DNA from: Nitrosopumilaceae archaeon
GTDB lineage: Archaea > Thermoproteota > Nitrososphaeria > Nitrososphaerales > Nitrosopumilaceae
DNA: 64,000 nt
Assembly (NCBI GenBank): GCA_965208905.1
Contig: OZ242365.1
Coordinates: 544,001 to 608,000 of the forward strand
Direction of reading: 5' to 3'
Positions within the stretch are counted from its first letter, which is position 1; the number at the start of each line of letters is the position of its first letter. Position numbers and translations under genes: made by a program. Below, in pieces: positions 1 to 9,923 of this stretch. The notes below the pieces were generated by a model. It was not told the origin of the DNA. It saw only the letters and a program-made list of their open reading frames with translations, and ran no database searches.

Positions 1-1001
1 GTCATACTCACATAGGTGACTCCATAGCAAAAGACATATCATTGGGTTTGGATGTAAAGGGGGGCGTACATCCAGTTTATGGTGTAAAATCCCGGGTATT
101 AAACAGAACAGAACCCAAGCATTTAGTACAGTTTATGCAGAATACCTGTCTATCCATGTTGGCCGGTGGAACTACTACCTTTGTTGACTTTCGAGAAGGC
201 GGAATCTCCGGAGTACATATGGCACAAAGCGCGTGTGATGTAACTTCCATAAAGGGGATAATATTGGGTCGTACAAATAAATATCAAGATAAAAATCAGA
301 TTAAAAATAACATAATACCAAATAATATAAAAAATGATCTAAAAAACGTTATTGTTCAAGCAGATGGTCTAGGAGTTAGTGGTGCCAATGAGAACAGTGA
401 TGCAGTGTTAGAGTTGTACTCGGAGACCTCAAAGATTAGGGCAATTCATGCCGCCGAAACTGCAGAGAGTGTACAGGACTCTTATGATATGACAGGTAAA
501 GGTGAGGTGGAACGGGCCTTACTAATGAAACCTCATTTTTTGGTGCATATGGTGCATGCCAGTGATACCGAGTTAAATACTGTATCTGAGGCCCGCATAG
601 GTGTGGTGGCATGTCCTAGGTCCAATGCAGTTCTCAGTGGTACGATTCCAGATATATCTAGAATGGTGAATATGGGTTGTATAGTAGCCTTGGGCACAGA
701 CAATATAATGGTAAATTCTCCAGACATGTTTCGAGAGATGGAGTTTGCATGGAAGACCTCCAATGGAAGACTGACTCCTCATGACACATTACGGATGGCA
801 ACGGTCAATGGGGGGCGTGTTTTAGGTATGAAATTGGGAGCTATATCTATGGGGTATATGGCCGATCTTATATTATTTGAAAAACATCATATTAGCATGG
901 AGCCCATGCATAATCCTTATGCGGCCTTGGTGCACAGGGCCTGTGCCGATACCATACGGGCGGTGGTTGTAGATGGTAGTGTTGTCCATGGACGTATGTA
1001 A
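1..1001 (+). CDS. Amidohydrolase-family metal-dependent hydrolase (5'-partial)
   Basis: The frame opens at the window start with HTHIGD (HxH metal motif); also IHAAE, LGTDN and ADLIL motifs of the amidohydrolase superfamily. Confidence 0.85.
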   Translation, partial: HTHIGDSIAKDISLGLDVKGGVHPVYGVKSRVLNRTEPKHLVQFMQNTCLSMLAGGTTTFVDFREGGISGVHMAQSACDVTSIKGIILGRTNKYQDKNQIKNNIIPNNIKNDLKNVIVQADGLGVSGANENSDAVLELYSETSKIRAIHAAETAESVQDSYDMTGKGEVERALLMKPHFLVHMVHASDTELNTVSEARIGVVACPRSNAVLSGTIPDISRMVNMGCIVALGTDNIMVNSPDMFREMEFAWKTSNGRLTPHDTLRMATVNGGRVLGMKLGAISMGYMADLILFEKHHISMEPMHNPYAALVHRACADTIRAVVVDGSVVHGRM

Positions 1002-1686
1002 GAGGCCGCGCATAATAATTAGCGCCGCAGTTACAATTGATGGTAGAATAGCCACCAAGGCTGGGGACTCAAAGATATCCTCAGATATAGATATGGTGCG
1101 TCTGCATAAACTACGCGCCAGTATAGATGCCATACTTGTCGGCCGAAATACAATGATGCATGATGACCCGTTACTGACTGTACGATATACAACAGGCAAG
1201 AATCCTATACGTATAATATTAGACCCGTGTGGTGAGATACCATCAAACTCACAGATTTTAACCACATCTAGTGCGGTCCCCACAATATTGGTATTAACAA
1301 ATAATGCCAGTGTAAAAGATCAGAGACGATTGGCAGATTTTAATGTAAAAATAATACACACTGGGACTGAGCGTATAAACCTAAAATGGTTGGTAACCGA
1401 ATTATTTGAAAAATACAATATTAAAACAGTTTTAGTTGAGGGCGGAGGCAGGACCAACTGGTCGTTCATAAAAGAGGATATATTCGACGAGATAATACTG
1501 ACTGTATCGCCACATATAGCTGGAGATGGAATAAATCTCATACATGGGGATGGGTTTGCGCAGATACATGAGGGTCCATCTTTGCACTTAAAATCGGCGC
1601 AGACACAAGGTGATGAGATAGTTCTGCATTATACGCGACACACTACTCCACATAGTGATGATGAATTAAATTGTCATAAAATCTGA
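988..1686 (+). CDS. 2,5-diamino-6-(ribosylamino)-4(3H)-pyrimidinone 5'-phosphate reductase (RibD C-terminal type)
   Basis: AVTIDGRIA, DAILVGRNT, DDPLLTVR, PIRIILD and VLVEGGG motifs; the 3' end overlaps the convergent aldehyde dehydrogenase by 44 bp. Confidence 0.9.
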   Translation: MDVCKRPRIIISAAVTIDGRIATKAGDSKISSDIDMVRLHKLRASIDAILVGRNTMMHDDPLLTVRYTTGKNPIRIILDPCGEIPSNSQILTTSSAVPTILVLTNNASVKDQRRLADFNVKIIHTGTERINLKWLVTELFEKYNIKTVLVEGGGRTNWSFIKEDIFDEIILTVSPHIAGDGINLIHGDGFAQIHEGPSLHLKSAQTQGDEIVLHYTRHTTPHSDDELNCHKI

Positions 1687-3034
1687 CAGATTTTATATTA
1701 ACAAACTCCATCATGCCGTGTTTGGAGAGTTCACGACCAAATCCACTATTCTTTATACCGCCAAATGGTATACGAGGGTCTGAGACTACAACATTATTTA
1801 CGCTCACTATGCCCGACTCTATGCGTCTTGACAGACGTTCGGCCTTTGCCAGATCTCTAGTCCATATACTTGCCCCCAAGCCAAACTCAGTGGAGTTTGC
1901 CATCTTTATTGCGTCTCGCTCATCATCAATTATTGCAATGGGAGCGATTGGTCCAAACGTCTCTTCGGTGTGTAGTAGCATGTCATCTTTTATGTCCGTA
2001 ATAATTGTGGGCTCATAAAAACAGCCCCGGTTGCCAATCTGCTTTCCGCCTACTAGTACATTGGCTCCCTTGGCGCGGGCATCCTCAACCATCTCAGAGA
2101 TGGTCTCTAGGCCTCCCTTGGTGGAGAGTGGTCCAATGTCTGTATCCATGGATGTGGGATCGCCCACTGTAAGACGGGATGTATTCTTTACAAACTGCTC
2201 TATGAATTCGCCAGCTATATTCTTGCCTAGAATGAATCTCTTGGAGGCTACGCAGCTCTGGCCACAGTTGATAAATCTCCCTTTGACTGCACCTTCGGCG
2301 GCATCCTCAATTATGGCGTCATCCAGTACGATAAAGGGATCGCTACCGCCCAGTTCCAGAACACACTTCTTCAACTGTCCAGTAGCCCTCCTACCCACCT
2401 TGGCACCAGCTTGAGTGCTACCGGTGAATGTAATGGCAGCGACATCAGAGTCGATTAGATGGGTGGCCGTATCTACAGAACCTGTCAGTGTTTGAAGTAC
2501 ACCATCAGGTATACCAGCCTCGGCAAATGCCTTCATAACCTCAAGACCTGATTGCAGTGTCACCCTAGATGGTTTCATCACAATGACATTTCCTGCCATC
2601 AAGCAGGGTGCTGCAAATCGTAGTGCTTGCCAGTATGGAAAGTTCCAAGGCATTATGGAGCCTACCACTCCTAGAGGTTCAAATGCCAAAAAACTCTTTC
2701 GTGCGTCTGTGTTGAGTACCTCATCGGCCAAAAAACTATCACCATGATCTGCATAATATATCATAGTTTTAGCGCATTTTTCCACCTCACCCACAGACTC
2801 TTTCATGGTCTTTCCCATCTCAGCGGTGGCTACTTTCGCTAGTTCATACTTGTGTTTTGTCAGATACTCTGCCAAATTATAGATGTATCCTTGGCGCGAT
2901 GCATAGCTGCGCCTCCATTCAGGAAACGCCCTTTTGGCACGTTTTACAGTTTCATCAGTTTGTGTTTTATCCATTATGTCATATTCAGCTATGGGTTCAT
3001 CGGTAGCTGGATTTACAGTTATGATTTGATTCAC
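1643..3034 (-). CDS. NAD(P)-dependent succinate-semialdehyde dehydrogenase (aldehyde dehydrogenase family)
   Basis: PWNFP, FTGST, LELGGSDP, catalytic GQSCVA, EETFGP and PFGGIKNSGFGRE motifs. Confidence 0.9.
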   Translation of the reverse strand: MNQIITVNPATDEPIAEYDIMDKTQTDETVKRAKRAFPEWRRSYASRQGYIYNLAEYLTKHKYELAKVATAEMGKTMKESVGEVEKCAKTMIYYADHGDSFLADEVLNTDARKSFLAFEPLGVVGSIMPWNFPYWQALRFAAPCLMAGNVIVMKPSRVTLQSGLEVMKAFAEAGIPDGVLQTLTGSVDTATHLIDSDVAAITFTGSTQAGAKVGRRATGQLKKCVLELGGSDPFIVLDDAIIEDAAEGAVKGRFINCGQSCVASKRFILGKNIAGEFIEQFVKNTSRLTVGDPTSMDTDIGPLSTKGGLETISEMVEDARAKGANVLVGGKQIGNRGCFYEPTIITDIKDDMLLHTEETFGPIAPIAIIDDERDAIKMANSTEFGLGASIWTRDLAKAERLSRRIESGIVSVNNVVVSDPRIPFGGIKNSGFGRELSKHGMMEFVNIKSVRFYDNLIHHHYVE

Positions 3035-3492
3035 GCGCTCTTCCTCCGGCCCCTGCGAGTTCGAGTCTGTTTTTTAGTATCCAAGGATGTCTTGCTCTTG
3101 GGAGTGTTGGAGGTTGATCTCTTAATTGGCATACCAGCCATGCTCATACAGTTATGAATAGCCTGGTCTAGCGACTTCATGCCAGCCAATCGTATATCAG
3201 AGTACCACTTTAGATACTCACCATACATGTCCAACCCCATTAAAACTGCATTTGAGTATGTTCGTATATTATACTCAACAATATCTTTGGATAACTGATT
3301 CTGAGGTAGTTTATTCGTCTTTGCGAGCTCCAATGTGTGTCCTGCTTCAAAAGTGTCTTCTATAATACGCATGTACTCCCGGTAGAGATCCGAATACATC
3401 TTTACGTATAGTGGTATCTGTGTGTCAATCTTCTTCATTACACGGGCGGCATTATCCTTAACTATATCACTGGTAAGTTGTTCTTCTGACAT
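3031..3492 (-). CDS. Hypothetical helical protein with basic C-terminal tail
   Basis: 153-aa ORF whose stop overlaps the aldehyde dehydrogenase start by 4 bp, suggesting an operon. Confidence 0.7.
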   Translation of the reverse strand: MSEEQLTSDIVKDNAARVMKKIDTQIPLYVKMYSDLYREYMRIIEDTFEAGHTLELAKTNKLPQNQLSKDIVEYNIRTYSNAVLMGLDMYGEYLKWYSDIRLAGMKSLDQAIHNCMSMAGMPIKRSTSNTPKSKTSLDTKKQTRTRRGRRKSA

Positions 3493-4466
3493 ATCATAAT
3501 GTGATATTCTCCCGCTAATATATCTAGAGTCGGGTTGTTACCACAAGAGTTACAACCAAAACATAATACTACCATGCAGAGCAGTCTGCATCTGTAATGC
3601 CAGAGCAAACTATACAAATATTCCACACATCATGATGCTAAAAATTTAGATCTATTAATTATTTAATGTAATAATGATTAAATTTGTGATATATGATGAA
3701 AGATTACACCCTATGATTGTTTAAGACATTGCAGTGTGCCATCACATACCAGAGTGTAATGAACTTGATCAAAGTCCAAACATTCTGCATGATAATTTCA
3801 GTTAAAATCCATACAAAAATTATATAAACATAGTATTGTCTGGGCCTTGTTAGAATGAGACTAGTTAAAACCAAATGAATTCGCTCACAGACGAGAAAAT
3901 AAAAATAAATAATAGTTAAGATCATTTAAAAATCAGTGCATAAAACTATAATAAAAGACAGGATCCAGATCAAGGAAGAGTCACATACTAAATAATATTA
4001 TAATAATGTCTGCGCAATCATAATTGTCGCACATCAAGCAAGATACATGAAATTATCAAAGTTATCATAGGATGAACTGTGGTATTCGTATGAAATGTAG
4101 ATTTCTCCTTAAAAATAAAAGTCATAAAATCATGTGGTGGCTCAAGTATATACAGATAAAATTAAGTTGTTAAATTTGGTCACAAAATTTTAGTCATGTG
4201 TTACCAGCGTCATTTTTTACTACTTTTAGATAATTACAAGATAAAACATAGAGATAATAGCCTGTTGTTAGATGTAGACCATCATAAATTATTATGCTAC
4301 ATAGCGCACCGTAGATAATACATGAGGTGCCATAAAATGGGACCTGCAGTGTAGAGTTGAGGTTTTACGATCGAAACTTAAGAATGTCATTCATCAATGT
4401 GTACCTGCCAGAGATCCATATATGATATATTTATATATCAATACTACTTATAGTTATAATAATATC

Positions 4467-5255
4467 ATGAATGAAATAACAAACTTACGTATACACATTG
4501 CTCCAATGGGTTTTGAGGTGGATCGTATAGTAATTCCTGCAAAAGAACAGAGAGCGGACCGCCTCTGGCTTCTTACAACAGCGATGTCCAACCAAGTAGG
4601 CCCGTTTAAAGAGACAATAACAGAGCAGTTACAGGCCCACAACATAGAAGTAAAAGAGATGATACATGACAGAAGTGATCCATTTGATATTATCCGGGCA
4701 ACACGTCAGATAATACAACAAGAGGATGGCAACAATATAGCGGTAAATCTCTCGTCTGGCTCTAAGATACAGGCGGTCGGATGCATGCTTGCATGTATGA
4801 TGTTCAATCATAATCGAAATGTGAGTTCCTACTATGCTGAGCCGAAAAAGTACAGTCAGAGTGTAGATGGGCCTCTCTCGGAGGGCGTGCAACGCATAAT
4901 GACCATGCCCGGATATGATATTCAGATACCCGACAAGATGTTGGTCTCTGTATTACACATTATACAAGAGCGTGGTAGAATCAATAAAAAAGATCTGTTA
5001 AGAAAGATGCAAGACGTTGGCCTTGTAGTAATTTATGAAGAGTTAGACTCGAGTATAAAACAAGACAACAATGTGATATTGATACAGGCAAAACGTGGTG
5101 TAGAGACAGTGGCAGGGCTTACTCGTCTAAACAACAAAATCATTACACCTCTTTTGAAGTGGGGATTCATAGATGTGGAACAGGTGGGACGCAACAACTA
5201 CATCACGCTGACCAGCAAAGGAAAGAACGCCATAAAGTTTCTCCCAAAGTTATGA
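4467..5255 (+). CDS. DUF6293/HFX_2341-like protein (Rossmann/CARF-like N-terminus plus winged HTH)
   Basis: RIHIAPMGFEVDRIV, VNLSSGSKIQA and YYAEPKKY, then a C-terminal wHTH (IITPLLKWGFI...ITLTSKG). Confidence 0.75.
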   Translation: MNEITNLRIHIAPMGFEVDRIVIPAKEQRADRLWLLTTAMSNQVGPFKETITEQLQAHNIEVKEMIHDRSDPFDIIRATRQIIQQEDGNNIAVNLSSGSKIQAVGCMLACMMFNHNRNVSSYYAEPKKYSQSVDGPLSEGVQRIMTMPGYDIQIPDKMLVSVLHIIQERGRINKKDLLRKMQDVGLVVIYEELDSSIKQDNNVILIQAKRGVETVAGLTRLNNKIITPLLKWGFIDVEQVGRNNYITLTSKGKNAIKFLPKL

Positions 5256-5456
5256 CTACAATCTCTCGGCGACATACCAAAGTACTATGCCAACGCCTAT
5301 AACTCCATACCATTTGAAGTTGGCCTTATGTGTAAACATGGTCGGTGAGCCCGTCTCGTTCTCATTGGCAAGGCGTATTTTTCTCATCTCAAATGCCTGT
5401 CCCACCAACCCTATCACTAAGCACGCTATACCACCAAAGCCTAGATACCAATCCAT
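5256..5456 (-). CDS. Small two-TM membrane protein
   Basis: 66 aa with two hydrophobic segments and an ATG start. Confidence 0.65.
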   Translation of the reverse strand: MDWYLGFGGIACLVIGLVGQAFEMRKIRLANENETGSPTMFTHKANFKWYGVIGVGIVLWYVAERL

Positions 5457-5712
5457 GACTTGTATTGTAGTGACACTAAATTTGTATTATACGCATGGGG
5501 GCAGATACTCTGACTTTTTTATAATGTGTCATGCCTGCAACACACCTCTAGTATCGGTATAGACACCTAACATTGTACCAGCAGAGTACTTTGGGCGTGT
5601 ACCTAACAGACTACACCACATAGTACTTGTATTATACGTACAGAGGCTGTCACACTATTTGATACGTTGTAACCGCATCTTCTTTATACTACCTTTTGTA
5701 CAAACTACTGGT

Positions 5713-5871
5713 ATGATGTGTGATAATGAGTCAACCAAAGAGATCTGTTGGTTTTGTAGGAATGGTCGATGTAGTGATTGTATGGGTTCCATACCGGTGA
5801 GCGCCCCCTCAGAAGGTCCCCATGACTGCACATTCGATACCAAGATGGTAGAGTGCAAGTGTACTCATTAA
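5713..5871 (+). CDS. Small Cys-rich, putative Zn-binding protein
   Basis: CWFC...CSDC...CKC pattern in 52 aa, directly upstream of the methyltransferase. Confidence 0.5.
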   Translation: MMCDNESTKEICWFCRNGRCSDCMGSIPVSAPSEGPHDCTFDTKMVECKCTH

Positions 5872-5894
5872 AATTGCCTTGTATGCCCATCTAG

Positions 5895-6452
5895 ATGATG
5901 TATGATGTATCATACTGGGACGAATATGCTCGTTGTAATGAGTCTAGATACAGTGAGGCGTTCGCCACCACCATCTCAAATATGCTGTATGATCTGCAGT
6001 GTCATAGTGTCTTGGAGGTGGGGTGTGGTACTGGCATTGATCTATTAAAAATAAACCAAGATGTCCTGATGTGTGGTGCCGACTTGAACAGTCAGGCATT
6101 ATGCATGGCAAAAAGACTAAACCCTTTGGGTAACTTTCAAAGATGTACTGTTGAGCAACTCCCTTATGCAGACTCGTCAATTGACTTTGTCTTTAGCCAT
6201 GGACTACTAAGTTGTTTGGATGATACCATACTAGTGAGAACCATGTCTGAGATGTATCGTGTTGCCCGCCGGTACATAATGGATTGTGAGATGTTGGGTG
6301 ATGATGGAGAGGTCATTGATGGTCCGTTTTACCAGCGAAACATGCAAGCCAGGTGGCAATGTCATGGTCTCCAACCAATCAGAACCCAGACTATACCAGG
6401 GGCTGCACATCTAGTGCCGCGCACATTACAGCTTTACGGTCTTGATGAATAA
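5895..6452 (+). CDS. Class I SAM-dependent methyltransferase
   Basis: VLEVGCGTG motif I, LPYADSSIDFVFS and EMYRV. Confidence 0.9.
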   Translation: MMYDVSYWDEYARCNESRYSEAFATTISNMLYDLQCHSVLEVGCGTGIDLLKINQDVLMCGADLNSQALCMAKRLNPLGNFQRCTVEQLPYADSSIDFVFSHGLLSCLDDTILVRTMSEMYRVARRYIMDCEMLGDDGEVIDGPFYQRNMQARWQCHGLQPIRTQTIPGAAHLVPRTLQLYGLDE

Positions 6453-6562
6453 TACGTTGGTTGACTATCAACCGATCTTAAATTAAAATAGTGATTGATC
6501 ATAAAAATATCTAAACAGTAAAATGTTATATAGACAAGTCAGCGTTGTTATAATTATGAATT

Positions 6563-9220
6563 TTGTTAAAAACCAGGTTAGGTGTAATTAGGTTGGCCCT
6601 AGCTAGTGCGATCACCAACGTAATAAAACGCAATGGTAGTACGGCCAAGTTCAATAAGAGCAAGATCTCCAATGCCATATACAAAGCCATGAACGCATGT
6701 TCAAAGCCTGACAAGCAGTTAGCCGATAGTCTAGCAGATCAGGTTATAGAGAATCTCATAAAGGGTGGATACTCTGACAAGTCCGTGCCCGGTGTCGAGA
6801 ATATACAAGATACTGTAGAGATAGTCCTCTTAGAAAACAAGCATAGCGATATAGCAAAGGCGTACATCTTGTATAGGCAAGATCGTCGAAAGATACGTAA
6901 TGAAAAGATGCACATACTCAACACAAAGACACTAGACCCGGTTGCTAGAAAATTTGATGCCAACTGTTTACGTGTACTAGCATCCCGATATCTATTTCGG
7001 GATTCGAACAGTCGTATTGTCGAGTCGCCCCAGCAGCTGTTTGAGAGAGTGGCAATACAAATTGGCATAGGGGATATGTTGTATGATCCCACGCTGTTTG
7101 ACAGGGACGGCGCACATACGCAAAATATTGAGGTTGCGCAGCAGTATCTACGAAAGCTTGACAATTTTGACAACAAGTTTCACATTGGCAAGTATTATCT
7201 AAATAAATGGCATTTTAGATCACTTATTACTCACTACATATATCTAGCTCGGAACAACAAGATGCGTGTCAAGTTTCGCGACATACTAGAGCTACTGGCA
7301 TCCAACAAGTTCGATGAGCTTGAAAACAAGATAACCAGTTATCTAGAGATAATGACATCACAGAAATACCTCCCCAACTCCCCCACCATGATGAATGCAG
7401 GGGGCCGTTTAGGTCAGCTTTCAGCATGTTTTGTTTTGGACATGAAAGATGACATGGAAGGTATAATGAAGTCCACCTCGGATGCAGCTCTCATATTCAA
7501 ATCCGGTGGTGGTGTGGGAATAAACTATTCAGATTTGCGCCATGAGGGCGACACTGTAGCCTCTACATTTGGAGTGGCATCAGGTCCTGTCTCATTCATG
7601 AATATAATCAATACAGTAACCGAGGTGGTGAAACAAGGAGGAAAGAGACGTGGCGCCAACATGGGGATTTTGGAGGTATGGCATCCAGATATAGAAAAGT
7701 TTGTGAGCAACAAGACAAAACCTGGTGTCTTGGAGAACTTTAACGTCTCAGTGGGTATATGGGAAGACTTTTGGGATGCCCTTCTTAACTCAGAGGATAA
7801 AAAGTACACACTGCGAAATCCTCGAGATCAAACTCCAGTGAAAGAGATCAACGCTCAACAACTGATAGACCAGATAGCGCTCTCGGCATGGAAGAGCGCT
7901 GAGCCTGGACTGATATTCCTTGATCAAATCAACAAGTATAATGTAATGGCCAAGGCACGCATGACACCTTTGCGAGCCACCAATCCGTGCGGCGAACAGA
8001 GTCTGTATCCCAACGAGTCCTGCAACTTGGGTTCTATAAATCTGGCAAACTTGGTCCATAAGACAGAAGATGGCACATATGAGTTCGATTGGGAAGACTA
8101 TGAGCGTATAATACGTCAGACGACTAGATTCTTAGATAATGTGGTGGATGTAAACCAATATCCTGTAGAACAGATTAACGAGGCCTCCAAGGAGTCCCGG
8201 CGTATTGGATTAGGTGTAATGGGCGTAGCAGATTTACTGTACAAGCTGCGTGTACCATATAACTCAGAGGAGGGATATGCACTACAGTCTCGTTTGGCCG
8301 AGGCTCTATCGTACTTTTCCATGGATGAGTCAGTTGAGCTGGCAAAGGAGAGAGGCGCCTTCAAGCTGTATCCAAACACAGAGTATCCTGAAGGTCGTAT
8401 CCCCATAGCTGGACATTATGAATGCGAGGATAGTATGTACGATTGGAGTTCTTTAATTAAGAATATCACAACATATGGTATAAGGAACGTACTCACGACT
8501 ACTGTAGCCCCCACAGGCACGCTGTCCATGATTGCAGATTGCTCTAATGGCATGGAACCCAACTTTGCCTTGGTGTATGAAAAGCGTGTCACTATAGGCA
8601 AGTTCATGTACGTCAACAAGATACTCAAAGAAGCCCTAGAAGAGGAGGGACTATACAATGATAGTATACTTGAGAGTATAATAAACAACTACGGCTCACT
8701 TCGAGGCATAGATGATATACCCGGGTGGATGCAGGACGTCTTTGTTACGGCCATGGACATACATTGGTCAGATCATTTAATGGCCCAGGCGGTGTGGCAG
8801 AGATGGATAAGTAATGCCATTGCAAAGACCATCAATATGCCGTATGATGTTACCGTTGAGGATGTAAAGGCGGCATATCTTTTGGCACATGAGATGGGAT
8901 TAAAAGGAATTACAGTATATAGGGATGGTTCAAGGCAGAGTCAGGTTATGAATATGGCCGATGATGATGCTAAAAAATTGTTTGAGGTGGCCCCCAGTAA
9001 ACTAATGTTAAAATTTGTCTCGGAGCATACAACAGATTCATACGCAGGACAGCGTGTCCGCGATGCGCTAGTTCCAAAGATATACAATCGTGAGACCCAC
9101 ATCAACAATGTTGAGGTGTCCGAAGAGATGCTGTGTCCTACCTGCAAGAGTCATCTGATATTTGCTGAGGGTTGTAGCATATGTGTAGAGTGTGGCTTTA
9201 GCGGTTGTACTTCCAGTTAA
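6563..9220 (+). CDS. nrdJ: Adenosylcobalamin-dependent (class II) ribonucleoside-diphosphate reductase with ATP cone
   Basis: N-terminal VIKRNG ATP cone, PNSPTMMNAG, LSACFV, ATNPCGEQ...ESCNLGS, VAPTGT, and a C-terminal Cys cluster. Exact start uncertain. Confidence 0.93.
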   Translation: MLKTRLGVIRLALASAITNVIKRNGSTAKFNKSKISNAIYKAMNACSKPDKQLADSLADQVIENLIKGGYSDKSVPGVENIQDTVEIVLLENKHSDIAKAYILYRQDRRKIRNEKMHILNTKTLDPVARKFDANCLRVLASRYLFRDSNSRIVESPQQLFERVAIQIGIGDMLYDPTLFDRDGAHTQNIEVAQQYLRKLDNFDNKFHIGKYYLNKWHFRSLITHYIYLARNNKMRVKFRDILELLASNKFDELENKITSYLEIMTSQKYLPNSPTMMNAGGRLGQLSACFVLDMKDDMEGIMKSTSDAALIFKSGGGVGINYSDLRHEGDTVASTFGVASGPVSFMNIINTVTEVVKQGGKRRGANMGILEVWHPDIEKFVSNKTKPGVLENFNVSVGIWEDFWDALLNSEDKKYTLRNPRDQTPVKEINAQQLIDQIALSAWKSAEPGLIFLDQINKYNVMAKARMTPLRATNPCGEQSLYPNESCNLGSINLANLVHKTEDGTYEFDWEDYERIIRQTTRFLDNVVDVNQYPVEQINEASKESRRIGLGVMGVADLLYKLRVPYNSEEGYALQSRLAEALSYFSMDESVELAKERGAFKLYPNTEYPEGRIPIAGHYECEDSMYDWSSLIKNITTYGIRNVLTTTVAPTGTLSMIADCSNGMEPNFALVYEKRVTIGKFMYVNKILKEALEEEGLYNDSILESIINNYGSLRGIDDIPGWMQDVFVTAMDIHWSDHLMAQAVWQRWISNAIAKTINMPYDVTVEDVKAAYLLAHEMGLKGITVYRDGSRQSQVMNMADDDAKKLFEVAPSKLMLKFVSEHTTDSYAGQRVRDALVPKIYNRETHINNVEVSEEMLCPTCKSHLIFAEGCSICVECGFSGCTSS

Positions 9221-9233
9221 ATTATACACTTTG

Positions 9234-9917
9234 ATGTATCATGTGGTTTTAGCCGAATCAGCACTTGAGACTGTTCCTAATTCAATTGCAAATCATCCTG
9301 CTGTGATGCATCATGCCCAAAAGTTGGGGCGTCATGTATCCCAAATACTATTGGACAAATCTTGGCATTATGCTGCAATGAAGGGTATGCAAGATGTTCA
9401 TAAGCGTGGACGGCCTGATCTGGTTCATTTCTCCCTACTGTCGGCCATAGCTACGCCCCTATATCAGCGTGCATTGATGAAGTTGTACATACACACAATA
9501 CAGGATACGGTTATACGGTTTGCAGATAACATAAGAATACCAAAGTCGTATCACCGATTTGAAGGGTTGTTCTCCAAGTTGCTATACCAAAACAGTATAG
9601 AGTCTGAGGGTCGTATGCTACTAGAGGCGCAAAAAGGTACCATGTATGATCTGATAAAATCGATAAATCCCACAGATACAATAGGTCTCTCTGTGCGCGG
9701 CAAACAGATTATCGATGAGAATGTAATTGGTAGATTGGGAGAGAATCCATGTATTGTAATTGGAGGCTTTCAGAAAGGAGAGTTCACCAGACCAACTAGT
9801 AATACATTTGATTGCATATATAGTGTGTCGTCCATGCCACTGGAGGCTCACGTTGTAATGAGTCGTATCTTATATGATATGGAGCGATGGTGCTCATCTC
9901 AATTCAACGGTGTCTGA
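9234..9917 (+). CDS. nep1: 16S rRNA pseudouridine N1-methyltransferase Nep1/EMG1
   Basis: LAESALE, KRGRPDLVH, RIPKSYHRFEGL and VIGGFQKG SPOUT motifs. Confidence 0.9.
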   Translation: MYHVVLAESALETVPNSIANHPAVMHHAQKLGRHVSQILLDKSWHYAAMKGMQDVHKRGRPDLVHFSLLSAIATPLYQRALMKLYIHTIQDTVIRFADNIRIPKSYHRFEGLFSKLLYQNSIESEGRMLLEAQKGTMYDLIKSINPTDTIGLSVRGKQIIDENVIGRLGENPCIVIGGFQKGEFTRPTSNTFDCIYSVSSMPLEAHVVMSRILYDMERWCSSQFNGV

Positions 9918-9923
9918 TTTCGG

